A stretch of DNA of 64,000 nucleotides from Chiloscyllium plagiosum. Lineage: Eukaryota. Of this stretch, positions 1-12,692 are shown piece after piece. Location: the NCBI RefSeq assembly GCF_004010195.1, contig NC_057743.1, positions 35,665,208 to 35,729,207 of the forward strand. Direction: 5' to 3'. The stretch's first letter is position 1, and the number at the start of each line of letters is the position of its first letter. Made by a program: the position numbers and the translations under genes. The notes under the pieces are model-generated. The model made no database searches, was not told the origin of the DNA, and saw nothing but the letters and a program-made list of their open reading frames with translations.

Positions 1-694
1 AAAGCAAAATATGGCTCCACAATAAACTTAATTAGTACTTGTTTTTGGTGGGGTTGAGAGAGATGTTCATGCACGCAGCAGGTTACATTGTGTGAAAAAC
101 TTCCAGTTTCTAAAATGTAATTCTCTATCTTTCAGGATTAGAAATTAACAAGCTAAGTATAAGTAAAATGTGTGCAAATCCAAATATGGCTGCTGCCCAA
201 AATTCTTTAGCATGCCAGCAGAAAATATGTTGAGGTAGTAGGGTTTTCTGGTTTACTGGTGAGAATGGTAAATGACAATTTACTGCATTCTATTTTATGA
301 AACTGGATAGAAAAACATTTCAATGTTGAATTATCATCTTCGTATTATATGTTGCAATATTTTCTCAGAATCAGACAAAATATTTCAATCGACTACAAAT
401 AACTGAGTCAACCTTCAGGAAGATTCATCATTATACATTAACTGCGCAAAGGTGACATCATTACAATATCTTATTACTGAAGGGACAAAGAGAGGGGCAA
501 AGAGCTACAAAAATGACCTTCAAGGCCATAACCTGAAATTGGAGTTTAAATGATCATTAAACGTGGCTTAAGTTATACTTGCAGTTCATGACATCGTCTG
601 AACCCCTTGATAAGGCTGCTACTTTGTAATCTTGACATCCATTACTGTCTTTTTTAACATCATCCAGAAAAATCAATCATGAAGTACTACTTGC

Positions 695-995
695 CTCCAG
701 GCCTGTAGACAACATCGTCCTCTGTTACAAATGAAGTTATATCACCGGTCTCTGCTCTCTCATAACGTGATTTCTTTTTTGGTGTTTTTTTTATTTTTGA
801 CTTCTTCCCAGCATCCTCATTAGTAGCACTGTCTTTGTCATTTTCTTCATCTTCAGTGTGGTCACTTTCTGCATAATTCTTAGCACCTCCTTCCAAAGTA
901 CAGCTGCGACGTGGCCTGGAATGCTCATTCTCTCGTTTATCCCTTCTCTCTCTCTCCTTGTCCCGATCACGATCTTTCTCTTTATCTGCTGTCAT
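695..995 (-). CDS. RERE: First coding exon (CDS part, 100 codons + 1 nt) of arginine-glutamic acid dipeptide repeats protein / atrophin-2
   Basis: Translation [46 protein letters not shown]...KKKSRYER...[15 protein letters not shown] matches the vertebrate RERE N-terminus leading into the BAH domain. ATG at 995-993. The frame is interrupted in phase 1 after RPG at AG|GCAAGT. Confidence 0.96.
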
Positions 996-1140
996 GATTC
1001 GCCACGTTCCTTCCTCTGTCCTCTCACGGCTTGGCCTCCGTGAAAGGTAGACAGTAAGCCTGGGCTTCAGTCTTCTGAATTTATTGCTCAATTCCAGGAA
1101 AAATCCAGCCACTCCAACAACCCCAAAATGTTACCAACGG
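996..1140 (-). other. RERE: 5'-UTR portion (145 nt) of the first coding RERE exon
   Basis: Strong minus-strand acceptor tctgcttctcttttgtttttttttccctAG ends at 1141. There is no ATG between the acceptor and the RERE start. Confidence 0.85.
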
Positions 1141-1482
1141 CTAGGGAAAAAAAAACAAAAGAGAAGCAGATTACAAAATTATGTTCACAAAACAGTACAT
1201 TCCAAATATGTGCTTATCCACTGAGCTGAAAGGTAGCAGGAAAGAAGAACAATGAAGCAACAGGAAAAGTAGTGCTATCCATCACAATGACATAAAGCTT
1301 GCCAGTTCAAACTCAGCATTTTCACCCTAGCCCAAGTATAATCAAGGTGGAAATCATCCAGGTTTGAACTAGCTGAACCCAAGAGACAATTTATTTTTCT
1401 CTTCTTGTATAATGATAACTACATCACCTCCATTCAGCTTCATCTGTGACAAAGATGAAGAACTCTGCCAAATAAAAGGACC

Positions 1483-2138
1483 TAGAATCATAGAAATGTA
1501 CAGCATGGAAACAGACCCTTCGGTCCAACCCGTCCATGCTGACCAGATATCCCAACCCAATCTAGTCCCACCTGCCAGCACCCAGCCCATATCTCTCCAA
1601 ACCCTTCCTATTCATACACCCACCCAAATGCCTTTAAATGTTGCAATGGTACCAGCCTCCACCACTTCCTCTGGCAGCCCATTCCAAACACGTACCACCC
1701 TCTGCGTGAAAAAGTGGCCCCTTACGTCTCTTTTATATCTTTCCCCTCTCACCCTAAATCTATGCCCTCTAGTTCTGGACTCACCCACCACAGGGAAAAT
1801 ACTTTGTCTATTTACCCTATCCATGCCCCTCATAATTTTATAAACCTCTATAAGGTCACCCCTCAGCCTCCGACACTCCGGGAAAACAGCCCCAGCCAGA
1901 TCAGCCTCTCCCTATAGCTCAAATCCTCCAACCCTGGCAACATTCTTTTCTGAATTCTTTCAAGTGTCACAACATCTTTCTAATAAGAAGGAGACCAGAA
2001 CTCCATGCAATATTTCAACAATGGCCTAACCAATGTCCTGTACAGCTGCAACATGACCTCCCAACTCCTGTACTCAATGCTCTGACCAATAAAGGAAAGC
2101 ATACCAAACTCCTTCTTCACTATCCTATCTACCTGCGA
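1483..2138 (-). mobile_element. CR1-clade (HER1-like) LINE, 5'-truncated 3' fragment
   Basis: ORF2 C-terminus ESRTRGHRFRVRGERYKRDVRGHFFTQRVVRVWNGLPEEVVEAGT, followed by the 3' tail ...catgctgtacatttctatgattcta. Confidence 0.9.
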
Positions 2139-2702
2139 TTTTACATTTCCTTCTGGAATTCCTTTGCAAAATGTGCTTACTTAACAATCCAACACTTCAT
2201 TTCTACAGTAATTTAACTTCACTGATACTTATCATAGATTGATTAGCAAGACAATCGAAAGGTTATTGGAAGATGACAGAAGAATGGGTTTGAGAAACGT
2301 ATCAGTCACGACCAAATGAAAGAGCAGACTCAATGGACTTAATGGCCTAATTCTGGTCCTATATCTTATTCTCCGAAATGATCAAAAAAGCATAAAAAAA
2401 TACACCTTTGCTAAATTCTACCTACCTAGACATGATCTTGTCATTTTGTTCCCACTGTCATTCAATAGATGTGGAGGAAATAATTATCCTAAACTCAATG
2501 TTTAAATAAAGCTCAGATTTTACTACAGATTAGCAGTGTTATGTTGTCGCTTGTAGTCAGTTTGACAGCATCCTCAACTGACTTGGTAAGCCTTTGATTC
2601 ATGCCTAATTCCAATGCTGAAACATGTGGATCAAGCTAAAAGTTTGAAGGCACATTGCATTGTCAAAGTTACCATACTTCAGAGGACACATTTAAACAAG
2701 AG

Positions 2703-2895
2703 TTGAAAAGTGCGGTGCTGGAAAAGCACAGCAAGTCAGGCAGCATCCAAGGAGCAGGAGAGTAGACATTGATGAAGGGCTTATGCCTGAAACATCAACT
2801 GTCCTACTCCTCAGATGCTGCCTGACCTGCTGCGCTTTTCCAGTGCCACACTTTTCAACTCTGATCGCCAGCATTTGCAGTCCTCACTTTCTCCC
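2703..2895. mobile_element. Short palindromic PLE-derived element (family 1), internally deleted, with hammerhead-like core
   Basis: 17-bp TSD acacatttaaacaagag (2686-2702 / 2896-2912). Inverted arms; core tgatga-a-gggc-ttat-gcct-gaaaca; full terminus cctcactttctcc on the right. Confidence 0.85.
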
Positions 2896-3029
2896 ACACA
2901 TTTAAACAAGAGCCTGGCTACCTCAGGTGTACATTAAAGACATGATGGATATATGCGAAAAGCAAGGAGTTCTACCTTGGTCATCGTTCTTCCCTCAAAT
3001 TAACGCTACCAAAACTAGATTAATACTTA

Positions 3030-3676
3030 GAAGTATTGATATGTAGAGGGACCTGGGTGTGCAGGTCCACAGACGACTGAAGGCGGCAGTGCAGGTAGAT
3101 AAGGTAGTAAAACAAGGCTTAATGTATGCTTGCCTTCACTGGAAGGGGTATGGAGTACAAGGATAAACTAGTTATGCTGCAACTTCATAGAACTTTAATT
3201 AGGCCACACTTGGAATACTGCACACAGTTCTGGTCACCACACAACCAGAAGGGTGTGGATGCTTTGGGGAGGGCACAGAAAAGGTTTACCAAGATGTATT
3301 CTGGAATGGGGGATATTAGCTATGGAGAAAGTTTGGATAGGCTGGGCTTGTTTTCACTGGAATGCAGGAGATTGAGGGGCGACTAAGAGAAGTTTATAAG
3401 ATTGTGAATGGCATGGTGTGTGGGGAAAGTATGGGGTTTTTCCCCAGGGTGGAGGAGTCAATTACTAGGGACACAGGTTTAAGGTGCAAGACAAGGGTAG
3501 TTTAGAAGAGATGTGACAGGCAGGTTTTTCACAGAGGGTGGTGCCTGGAACATGTTGCCAGAGGTTGGGTGTGGAAGCAGACATAAAAGTGGCATTCAAG
3601 ATGCACCTGACGAATACATGAATAGGAAGGGAATAGAGGGATATGGATCCTGTAAGTGAAGACAGTTTAAGCATAG
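3030..3676 (+). mobile_element. CR1 LINE 3' fragment (older subfamily)
   Basis: ORF 3126-3386 (LIRPHLEYCTQFWSPH...LGRAQKRFTK...LDRLGLFSLE.RRLRGD) is the typical CR1 ORF2 C-terminal region. Confidence 0.88.
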
Positions 3677-4062
3677 CGTTACAGAGAAGCACAGCATGGA
3701 AACAGGTCCTTCTGTCCAACTCGGTCATGCCAACCAGATAACCTATACTAATTTCTTTTTTGTGGGGTGGGGCGAATCCAGAACTAGAGGGCATAGCTTT
3801 AAGGTGAGATGGGAAAGGTATAAAAGGGAGCTAAGGGGCAATTTTTTCATGCAGAGGGTAGTGAGTGTATGGAATGAGCGGCCAGAAGCTGGTACAATTA
3901 CAAAATTTAAAAGGCATCTGGATGGGTATACAAATAGGAAGGGTTTAGACAGATATGAGCCAAATGCTGGCAAATGGGACTAATATTAGATTAAGACATC
4001 TGGTCAGCATGGATGAGTTGGAGCGAAGGGTCTGTTTCTGTGCTGTATATCTCTATGACTAT
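3677..4062. mobile_element. CR1 composite: inverted tail piece (~3677-3755, minus) joined to a plus-strand 3' end (~3763-4062)
   Basis: ESRTRGHSFKV...WNE...FKRHLDGY.NRKGL on +, ending ctctatgactat. It is preceded by the reverse complement of the same tail. Confidence 0.8.
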
Positions 4063-4234
4063 TCCCAGCCTGCATTTCCTCCTCCCACCCGAGCTCATGT
4101 CCCATAAACGTTGGATTTAAAACAGTGTCCAAAAAACATGCTCTCATTCACAGCCTCGGTAATGGAGAATGTTTACCAAGGGATGGTATTACGGTGTACC
4201 TGGAACTTTGAAAGGCATTCATTCATGCACACGA

Positions 4235-4700
4235 ACAAACGTCAGCCACTCAGCCCACCAAACCTGTTTAGCCATTCATGGCTGATTTGACTTTAACCTC
4301 AGCTCTACCTTTCTGTGGCTCCCCTGATTGCCCAGAGTTTATCTGCCTTCAAGATATTCAAAGATTCTGCATCCACTGCCTATTAAGGAAGGGAATTCCA
4401 AAGACTCAACCATCTGGAGATGGTAAGTGTTTCCTCATCTGTTTCAAATGGGCGCCCTCTTATTATTAAACATTACCCCCTAGCTTCTCCCACAAGAAGC
4501 AGCATCCGTTCCACATGGTCATGTACCCTCAGAATCCCATACCTTTCAGTTCAGTCTTCTCCGATGCTTCTAAACTCCACAGTACACAATCCTAGCCTGT
4601 TTGTCCTTTCCTCGGGAGGCAGTCTGTTCATTCCAGTCTATTCTACCTTCTCTGAACTGCTTCCGTAAGGACAGTGTCCAATTCTGTACACATTACTCCA
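4235..4700 (-). mobile_element. Old degenerate CR1 3' fragment
   Basis: Reverse-complement CR1 3' motifs (cagccc...atggctgat..., ggaattccaaagac, catctgtttcaaatgggcgccc, cttctctgaactgcttcc). Confidence 0.65.
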
Positions 4701-4704
4701 GAGA

Positions 4705-5232
4705 AATACATGAACAGGAAAGGTTTGGAGGGATATGGGCAAGGAGCAGGCAGGTGAGACTGGTTTAACTTAGGATTATATTCGGTATAGACTGGCTGGA
4801 CTGAAGGATCTGTTTGTGCTATATGACTGTACATTCATTCCACACGTGAACCACCTGTGTAAAGAAATTACCTCATATCCTTTTTTAAAATCTCTCTTAA
4901 AAATGTGCTCCCTCGTCTTGAAATCCCCCAACCTAGGGAAAGGGCAACTCCCATTAACCCTGTCTATACCCCTCAGAAGTTTATAAACTTGTGTCAGGTC
5001 GCCTCTCAACCTCCCACATTCCAGTGAATAAAGACCAGTCTACTCAGCCTTTCTTTATAACTCAAACCTTCCATAACTGGCAGCATCCTGGTAAACCTCT
5101 TCTGAACCCTCTCCAGCTTAATAATATCCTTCCTATAACTGGGTGACTAGAACTGGACACAGTCTTCCAGAAAAGGCCTTACCAATGTCCTGTACAACCC
5201 CAACACCTATACTCAGAAGACTGAGCAATGAA
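4705..5232 (-). mobile_element. CR1 3' fragment whose terminal ~125 bp (4705-4830) is inverted
   Basis: Minus ORF RGDLTQVYKLLRGIDRV... ends at tggaatgaa (~4833). The downstream tail segment lies on the + strand at 4705-4830. Confidence 0.75.
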
Positions 5233-8200
5233 GGTTAGTTTAGTGCACATTTAATTGGATAGCAGTCACCTCATTTCTGAAGTAACTCTTAAAACGTAAC
5301 TATTTTCTGACTTTACTAAGAGATGCAATAAAGGTAGTACATAGATGAACGTTCCTTATTTCTGTGCTGAGGAGTCTATCCTTAAACTTCCAATGAAGGA
5401 ACTAACTGGAAGACTGCTATCTCATGACTAAAATAGTAGGCCCATTTTTTCCCAGGTTGAACACAAGAGTATTCTGATTTGTGCAAGCTTGTGTTAAATG
5501 ATCTCTGATCCTAGGCACCCCTCAGTTATAGCATCACTATTCGTCTTTTGAAAACAGTAAATGAACATTGCCTGAACTGGTCGTAATGAAGACCCTCTGG
5601 AGCTGAATCAATTAGTGGAATCTAAAGAAATCAAGGGTTTTTTTCTCAAATGCAGAGGTTCAATGGCAGTAATATTTTTATCGAAGAATTAATGCAGTGG
5701 CCTGGTTTGCATCCTTCCAATTCTACCTCTACTCATGATTCCTGTTGGGATGAAGTTCTTGAGATAATGGAACCTGTTATTAAACAGCCTTAACAACAAA
5801 GTCAATGGGCTATTCAACCACTGAGGTAATTAAAAATGGTTCTGCTTTTACTTATTCACAAACATACTAATTATTCACTAGTACTCAATACCACATTATA
5901 ATAAAATTCACAAATTCACTAACTATTCAAATTTACACATTTAAACAAGCATTGGCAGAATTCAGTGGAATTTTCTGCTTTGAGGCTGATTGTTTAAGCT
6001 ACTTAGCTCAATTTCAAAAATACTTAAAACGAGGCAGAAGTACAAGCCGAGAAGTTTTCAGCAGCCTTTATCACATTTCTACACAATCCCCGTTTATGTC
6101 AGTAAATCTGTTTTTCCATATCCTATAAAATTCTGCATAATTGCAAACATGTTACTGAGAGCTTTTCTGTAAACCTATCTTATATACTTTCATCCAGCCT
6201 TTTGAAAAGAACTTGGTCACAGATTCAGCATTTGCAGAAAATCCAATACTCCAACCATTGAGACCTGAACAGAATAGGCAAATAAAACAAGGATGAACAT
6301 AAAACGTACTCAAGTTAAAGATACATGGAGACGCCTAAAGACATCAACTTGGCATTTTCTTTAAAGCTCCTGGAGGCATAATACCAGGTACAGACATTAC
6401 TATCACTGTATCTCAGTCATTTGCAAAACAACAATCTTCTTACTATGATGCAATTTTGAGCATGAACAAAAAACAGGATTCAAATATAACTTTGATTCTG
6501 AGATGTGACTAATGTGCAGTACAACATTGTGCTCTTAATCACATTTTGAGATAACTCCCATCTCTGAATATGCATGCAAAGTGTTTGGAAACTTTGATTT
6601 TAGTACTGTAAATAGGAACTCTTGACACCGAAACTAAACTATTATAAAAGTTACCAACTACACAAACAGAGTTCAACAAAGTGTTCACAAGTTTGTGAGA
6701 ATCTTTCAGCAATATAATTTTTCCTTTTAACAACAACTTGTATTAATGTAGTGTCTTTAATGTACTAAGAAATCCCAAGGTGCTTCCACAGGAAGTTAAA
6801 CAAAATTTCCTCTTTAACAGAATTTATCAGGAAACCAGGGCAACCAATCAAAAACTTTCACAACTGGTGGAATCAGGTGGAACCAAAGGAAACTTTCTTA
6901 AATCACCATCACCTCTCCAATCAATTTTATCCTCAAAAAGGAATGCCAAGAGCAAACAGTAATTAGGACAGAGACAGTATAATGCTCCAGTTTTTGAAAC
7001 ATCAAGCCTTACAAAATGCGAACAATGTAATTATTGAACAATGTAAATGACAGAACATAAGCTCCAATTCAGGGGGAAAAAAAAAGGTTCAGCCAGAGAG
7101 TTTAAGATTCCAACCTCATCAGTCATTAAGAAAATGTGAGGACAAACTGCAAGGTGGATCAATTAAAATTTCAGTGATGTCCAGTTCTCAGCAATGCATA
7201 CTCATTTGAATCACATTTCAATGCCTGTGCCAAGCAGTGTTTACAGAAGTCTGATCTTTTCATTAATTTTAATGATCCACAAGAGTAAGAAGAGTTTCCA
7301 GTGAATATTACTACCCAGTAACCTAACCTCTATTCCAGAACATAACAAAGTAGCTGGCTCTGTCACTGACTCTGAACCAGACTGATTTTATCCGTATCTC
7401 TCACCATCATGGCAGGTCTTCCAAAAATAATCATCCTTATTTAAGGCAGTGTTACATACAAGTATTTTGTCATATGCTTGTCAGGAAAACTAAATTTTAA
7501 GGCCAGTTAAGTGAATGGATTTATGTAGAATTCAATAAGCTATTTCAGCAAGAGAAAGTACAACTGGTAAAAGAGGTCTAGTGCAAGTTTAAAAATGATC
7601 AGCAGAAATGGAGACCACCTCAGAAGAATTTTCAAAGTTTTACTTCTTAGTTACTCTCTTTTTCTGAAGAGCTACTGCTCCAGCAGACCACACCTTATAG
7701 ACAAATCCGTGATGTCACATACCAACTATTATTACATACTGAATGGCATATTCCTTCCACTGTTGTTGGGTGATGAGTACTCTAGTGCATTAATGAACTA
7801 TATTTTAACTGGTGCTTTTGAGAGAAGAAAAATTGAATTTATATCAGTAAGAGTTGGAACTCTCTCTCCCTGCCTGTTTCTCTCATCGTCTCTGCAAAAA
7901 AAGAAGCACCTGAATGAAAAGCAAATTGAAGAAATGTTCACAGAACTCAGATCTACGGTTTATGCTGAGGATTCAATTCCACTATTAAATTTTTCCTTCT
8001 TTCACTCAAACAATGCTTGGGAATGGATTCCTTAAATTTTCTAATCAACTAACTTTTTTCACAGAAGTGGAGTGATAAAACTAAAGTATATCTGAAATTG
8101 ACTGCGAGGGGTTTAAAAAGAGGGGAAACAAATCCCTCTCCTCACCTGGTCGTAACACTGTTTCAGCTTCAAAAGGCAGTTGAAAATACTCAGCACTGAA

Positions 8201-10289
8201 GAAATTAGTAGATTAATTGAGCTTTGAACAATACCCTTAAAATAGCTTCTAAAATTTGAAACATTGGAATGTGAACTTCAAATGGCCTACTAACAACCAG
8301 GAATCTAAACAGTTTGGCAATCTTTACAATTATTTTAGGATCAAAGGCAATAATATGGATCCAGGCAAAGGCACTCTTGCTCCATCATTCAATCGTTTTT
8401 AATATATTGTCAGATGCTAAGCTGGAAACCTCAGTTTGGCAGGAAAAATATTTACCTTTGATCTGGCCTGAAGGCTCTTATATGTATCCAGAGCATGGTT
8501 TAATGATACGGCACAATAACGTGGCAATGTCCAGGAGATTGCCTGACATACAATTATATTGCAATGTTAGCGTGCACCTCTTAATTCAAAGTTACTTATA
8601 TTTTAGATTGTTTTCTGCACTAAATCACAACATTATCATGTTACTTACATTGCTAAATGGCTAATGCATTTTTTAAACTGCCAATTAGACTAATTATTTT
8701 AAAAGATGTGCAACCTGACTGTAAATATAATGAAATATATTTCACGAACTGAACAAGCTTACTGTAACTGGTTTTACTTATTGGCTGTAAACCACTTTGG
8801 GATGCGACAAAGTGCCATACAAAATCAATTATTTTTGTTTTTTTAACTCAATATCCTAAAAATGTCTTTTACAAAATTCTCTGGGTATGTTCACAAAGCT
8901 TATTTTTTAATCTGTGTTCCAATTTGTAGAGAGATGGACCTGAGCAAAACAGAACAAGAACAATCTGTTGAGATGAAAGCAATGCCAAAAATGTTATTTA
9001 ACCAAGCGATGAGGATTAAGCAGTGTTCAGTCATTTTCTTCAACAGGGTCCTCTGGAAATGGCAGTTGCAAGATGGTGAAATGTGTTATTGATAACGCAA
9101 ACCCTGATGGCACTCGTTGAATGAAAGCTTGATTCTTTTGACTGGAGAGCTGTAGGATAATTGCAATGGGTATCAAAAATAACAGAACTGCAGCACAACC
9201 AAATAACTTGAAAAGTCTTAGGAAAGGTTTCTCATGCCAAGATAATTTTGACTGCAAGATAAACATGCTGAAGTACATTCTGCCCCTTGCAAAAGAAGAA
9301 ATGCTAAATTAAACCCAGTATGTATCCTTCCAGTTCAGACACAATAGTGGTTGGTGCTAGAACTATTCACCAATTGCAGCAATGGTACAGAATTGTTCTA
9401 TGGATCAACGGCCTTCAAAAATTTTGTCAACATTTTACCAATAAATTACCAAATCTTGGCAACTCCACTAGTTGCATTAGTCCACAGACATATTGACTGG
9501 TTCCAGATTGTGCCTGATAGAAATATAGGCATAACGTTCAGTTGCTTCTAGTAAATATATTAATCAAGAGGCAAAATTGAAGGATTGACTACATGCATCA
9601 ACTTTTCTCTGACTCATGTGGCCTTTATATATAAAAAGATGTTAATAAAAGAAAAATCAGCATTTTTCAAAATCTAACTATTAGCACCAGCTGAAAAAGT
9701 GCTTAAATGGAATCAAACTGTTCTAACAAAACTTCAGAGTTTTTCTCAAAAACATTTCTAGGGCACAATGTCAGGAAAGAGCTTCTGCAGCAAAGTTGAA
9801 ATTGCAAGCCTTTTCAATACATTGACGGTTGAAAAAAGAATTAGGAGGAAGAAAATTGTGAGAAAGTACTTCATTTATTACTTGGAGAAGGCTCTAGCCT
9901 GATTGTTCCAATAGGTAGCACTGCAGGGAATTACTGGCTCACAGCACTTTGCAAGTTAGAAGTCCGTTTGCTGCAATACAATTTTGAACACATATCAAAA
10001 TGTTCGAATTTAAGTCTCTTAGAACCTTAGTACCATACTTGTGAAATTGTTAGATCCAACATTTCTACAAATCTATAGTTTAAAGTTGTTTGCATGCTTG
10101 AACTATCAGGAAAATGGTATACAATGTAGTTTTTTTTATAGAAGTTTCTTACTGGTTGTAGAAAATGTAAATATTTTAAAGTGTATGAACACTTAAATAA
10201 TGTTTGCTGGCAAAACTAAACAAAACCTAAATTTCAGTAACTTTTGATATTAGCATACCCAACCAAATTAATATTCAAACAACAAAAAG

Positions 10290-10375
10290 GATCATTGGAC
10301 CCGAAATTTTAACTCTGCTTTTTCTCCACAGATACTGTCAGACCTGCTGAGTTTCTTCAGCAATTTCTGTTTTTT
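10290..10375 (+). mobile_element. Single-arm remnant of short PLE-derived element (family 3)
   Basis: ggatca-ttgg-acccgaaattttaactctg...ccacagatactgtcagacctgctgagtttc, related to the 41876-42027 element. Confidence 0.6.
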
Positions 10376-10719
10376 TCTTTAACATATATTTAGCAAGCTT
10401 TTTAAAGAAAAAAGTGTATGGAGAGACAAAGCTGAAATCAAATTGGAACAGACACAAATTAAATACTTAGAAAATAGATGAAGTGTATAAAAATGTTCTA
10501 CTGAGCAGGCAAAAAAGAAATGAAAAGAATAATTTTAAGGGCGGTGCTATTCACATTTGACACGTTTATAGGACAATTAAATCTCATCTGCATTGAAGCC
10601 AATGTAGGTTACAGAAGTAGAATCTTGTGGTGCTGTGGTACTGTCGCTGCTTCTGAGCCAGGAGACCCTGATTCAAACCCCACATGTCCAAGAAATGAGT
10701 CAGAAAATGGCTGAACAGG

Positions 10720-10804
10720 TGATTGGGTTGGGATATCTGGTCGGCATGGATGGATTGGACCGAAGGGTCTGTTTCCATGCTGTACATCTCTATGGCTCTA
10801 TGAC
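10720..10804 (+). mobile_element. CR1 3' tail only
   Basis: gattgggttgggatatctggtcggcatggatggattggaccgaagggtctgtttccatgctgtacatctctatggctctatgact. Confidence 0.85.
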
Positions 10805-11123
10805 TGCAAGGGAGAAAATATTTACATTACCCCAGCCCAGTTTTTTCTTCTTCACCTAAAGAAACCAAATCTTGCTAAAATTCCACATATTTCACCATGA
10901 TTCTGGCTGACCACAGTCATCAGGAGCAGGAATTCGGTTTGATTTTCACCCATCTGGCACATAGATTCTGAGGCACAATACTGCACCTTCTCATCAAAGA
11001 ATCGCAATCAAAGGTGAGAGATTCCGGTGTGGTTGACCCCATCTGATTCTGGACGGTGCCATAGCCAGAGTACATTATATGATAATTTCAAATTTTGTAA
11101 GGCCTAAACTGTTGGCAGGACCA

Positions 11124-11390
11124 GTCATAGAGATGTACAGCATCCTTCGGTCCAACTCCTCCATGCCAACCAGATATCCTAAATTAATCCAGTACCAGTT
11201 GCCAGCATTTGGCCCATATCCCTCAAAACCAGGCAACCATTCAGATACCTTTTAAATGCTGTAATTGTACCAGCCTCCACCACTTCCTCTGGCAGCTCAT
11301 TCCATACACACATCACCTTCTGTGTGAAGACATTGCCCCTTAGGTCCTTTTCAAGTTTTCCCTTCTCACCCTAAACCATATGCCCTCTTA
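11124..11390 (-). mobile_element. CR1 3' fragment
   Basis: Tail gtcatagagatgtacagcat... followed by ORF2 C-terminal sequence similar to 1483-2138. Confidence 0.8.
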
Positions 11391-11393
11391 CGA

Positions 11394-11955
11394 GTCATAG
11401 TCATAGAGATGTACAGCATAGAAACAGACCCTTTGGTCCAACCTGTCCATGCCGACCAGATATCACAACCCAATCTAGTCCCACCTGCCAGCACACGGCC
11501 CATATCCCTCCAAATCCTTCCTATTCATAATCCCATCCAAATGCCTCTTAAGTGTTGCAATTGTACCAGCCTCCACCACTTCCTCTGGCAGCTCATTCCA
11601 TACACTTATCACCATGTGTGTGAAAAAGTTGCCCTGTAGGTCTCTTTTGTATTTTTCCCCTCTCACCCTAAACCTATGCCCTCTAGTTCTGGACTCCCCC
11701 ACTGCACGGAAAAGACTCTGTCTATTTATCCTATCCATGCCCCTTATGGTTTTATAAACCTCTATAAGGTCACCCCTCATCCTCCAACGCTCCAGGGAAA
11801 ACAGTCCCAGCTTGTTCAACCTCTCCTTACAGCTCAAACCCTCCAACCCTGGCAACATCCATGTAAATCTTTTCTGAACCCTTTCAAGTTTCACAACATC
11901 CTTCTGATAGAAGGGAGACTCGAATGGCACACAACATTCCATAAGTGGCCTAACC
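11394..11955 (-). mobile_element. CR1 3' fragment (young)
   Basis: Open 155-aa ORF ...LERVQKRFTWMLPGLEGLSCKERLNKLGLFSLERWRMRGDLIEVYK...AGRWD, plus tail. Confidence 0.92.
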
Positions 11956-12324
11956 CACTTAAGATAATTTCAGTTCTGTACATAAGCAGCAATTGAAGTG
12001 TGTCAAATGTTTTTGCCAATTGTACTCCCATCGATTGAAATTACTAAATAAAACTCGCTGTCTAGAAGGCTGCATCGTTTTTAAACTGTTGCTGTATAAG
12101 TTATGAAAACTGTTATTTTACAGTTTGTTACAGCAGTACAGCATGAAAGCAATGATAAATATGAAGTTTTTTCCATGTACAATACCCCTTTTAAAAGCAA
12201 AATCAAACTAAACATGTACAATGCTTGCACTGCCAACTTTTAAGCTACTCCAACAACAAATCCACTCTGCCCGATATCAGAGAATGTTTTCGCCTATTTA
12301 CTGGGTGCTAGAATGAGAGAAACA

Positions 12325-12595
12325 GATTAATAATAAATGGCATCCCTTTTAAGATAGACATGAGGGAATTTTTTTTTTACCAAGGGTCATTAGGATGCGG
12401 AATTTTCTTCCCAGAAAGCTTGGCCTTTGACTTTACTCAAGGCTGATTTGAAATGGTTTGATAGAAGAGGGCATCAAGGATAATGAGGGGCAGACAGGAA
12501 CATGGTCTCGACCACAAATACATCAGCCATAATCTTACTTAATGTTGAAGCAGGCTCAAACATTCTGAATAGTTCTATTCCTGCTTCTAATTCGG
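12325..12595 (+). mobile_element. Old CR1 3' end
   Basis: tttaagatagacatgagg...ggaattttcttccc...atcagccataatctt...aatgttgaagcaggctc...ctattcctgcttctaattc. Confidence 0.6.
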
Positions 12596-12604
12596 ATGTA
12601 GACA

Positions 12605-12692
12605 GGCAAGGGGCTGGAAGAACACTGCAAGTCAGGCAGCATCAGAAAGTGGAGAAGTCAACATTTCAGGTGTAACCCTTCTTCAGGACTGT
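12605..12692 (-). mobile_element. Single-arm PLE-derived element (family 4) with hammerhead-like motif
   Basis: Minus strand 12689-12657 reads GTC-CTGAAGA-A-GGGT-TAC-ACCT-GAA-ATGT-T-GAC. Confidence 0.7.

Noticed and set aside
858-1043. 61-aa plus-strand ORF
   Set aside because: Antisense shadow of the RERE exon with a GTG start and no recognisable homology.
687-1112. 141-aa ORF as a complete protein
   Set aside because: The recognised RERE start is the ATG at 995, and the terminal GK-stop is intronic read-through past the splice donor.
7595-8035. 146-aa ORF and other 60-115 aa ORFs in unique AT-rich intron sequence
   Set aside because: No recognisable domain, composition typical of random intronic ORFs, and no supporting exon structure.
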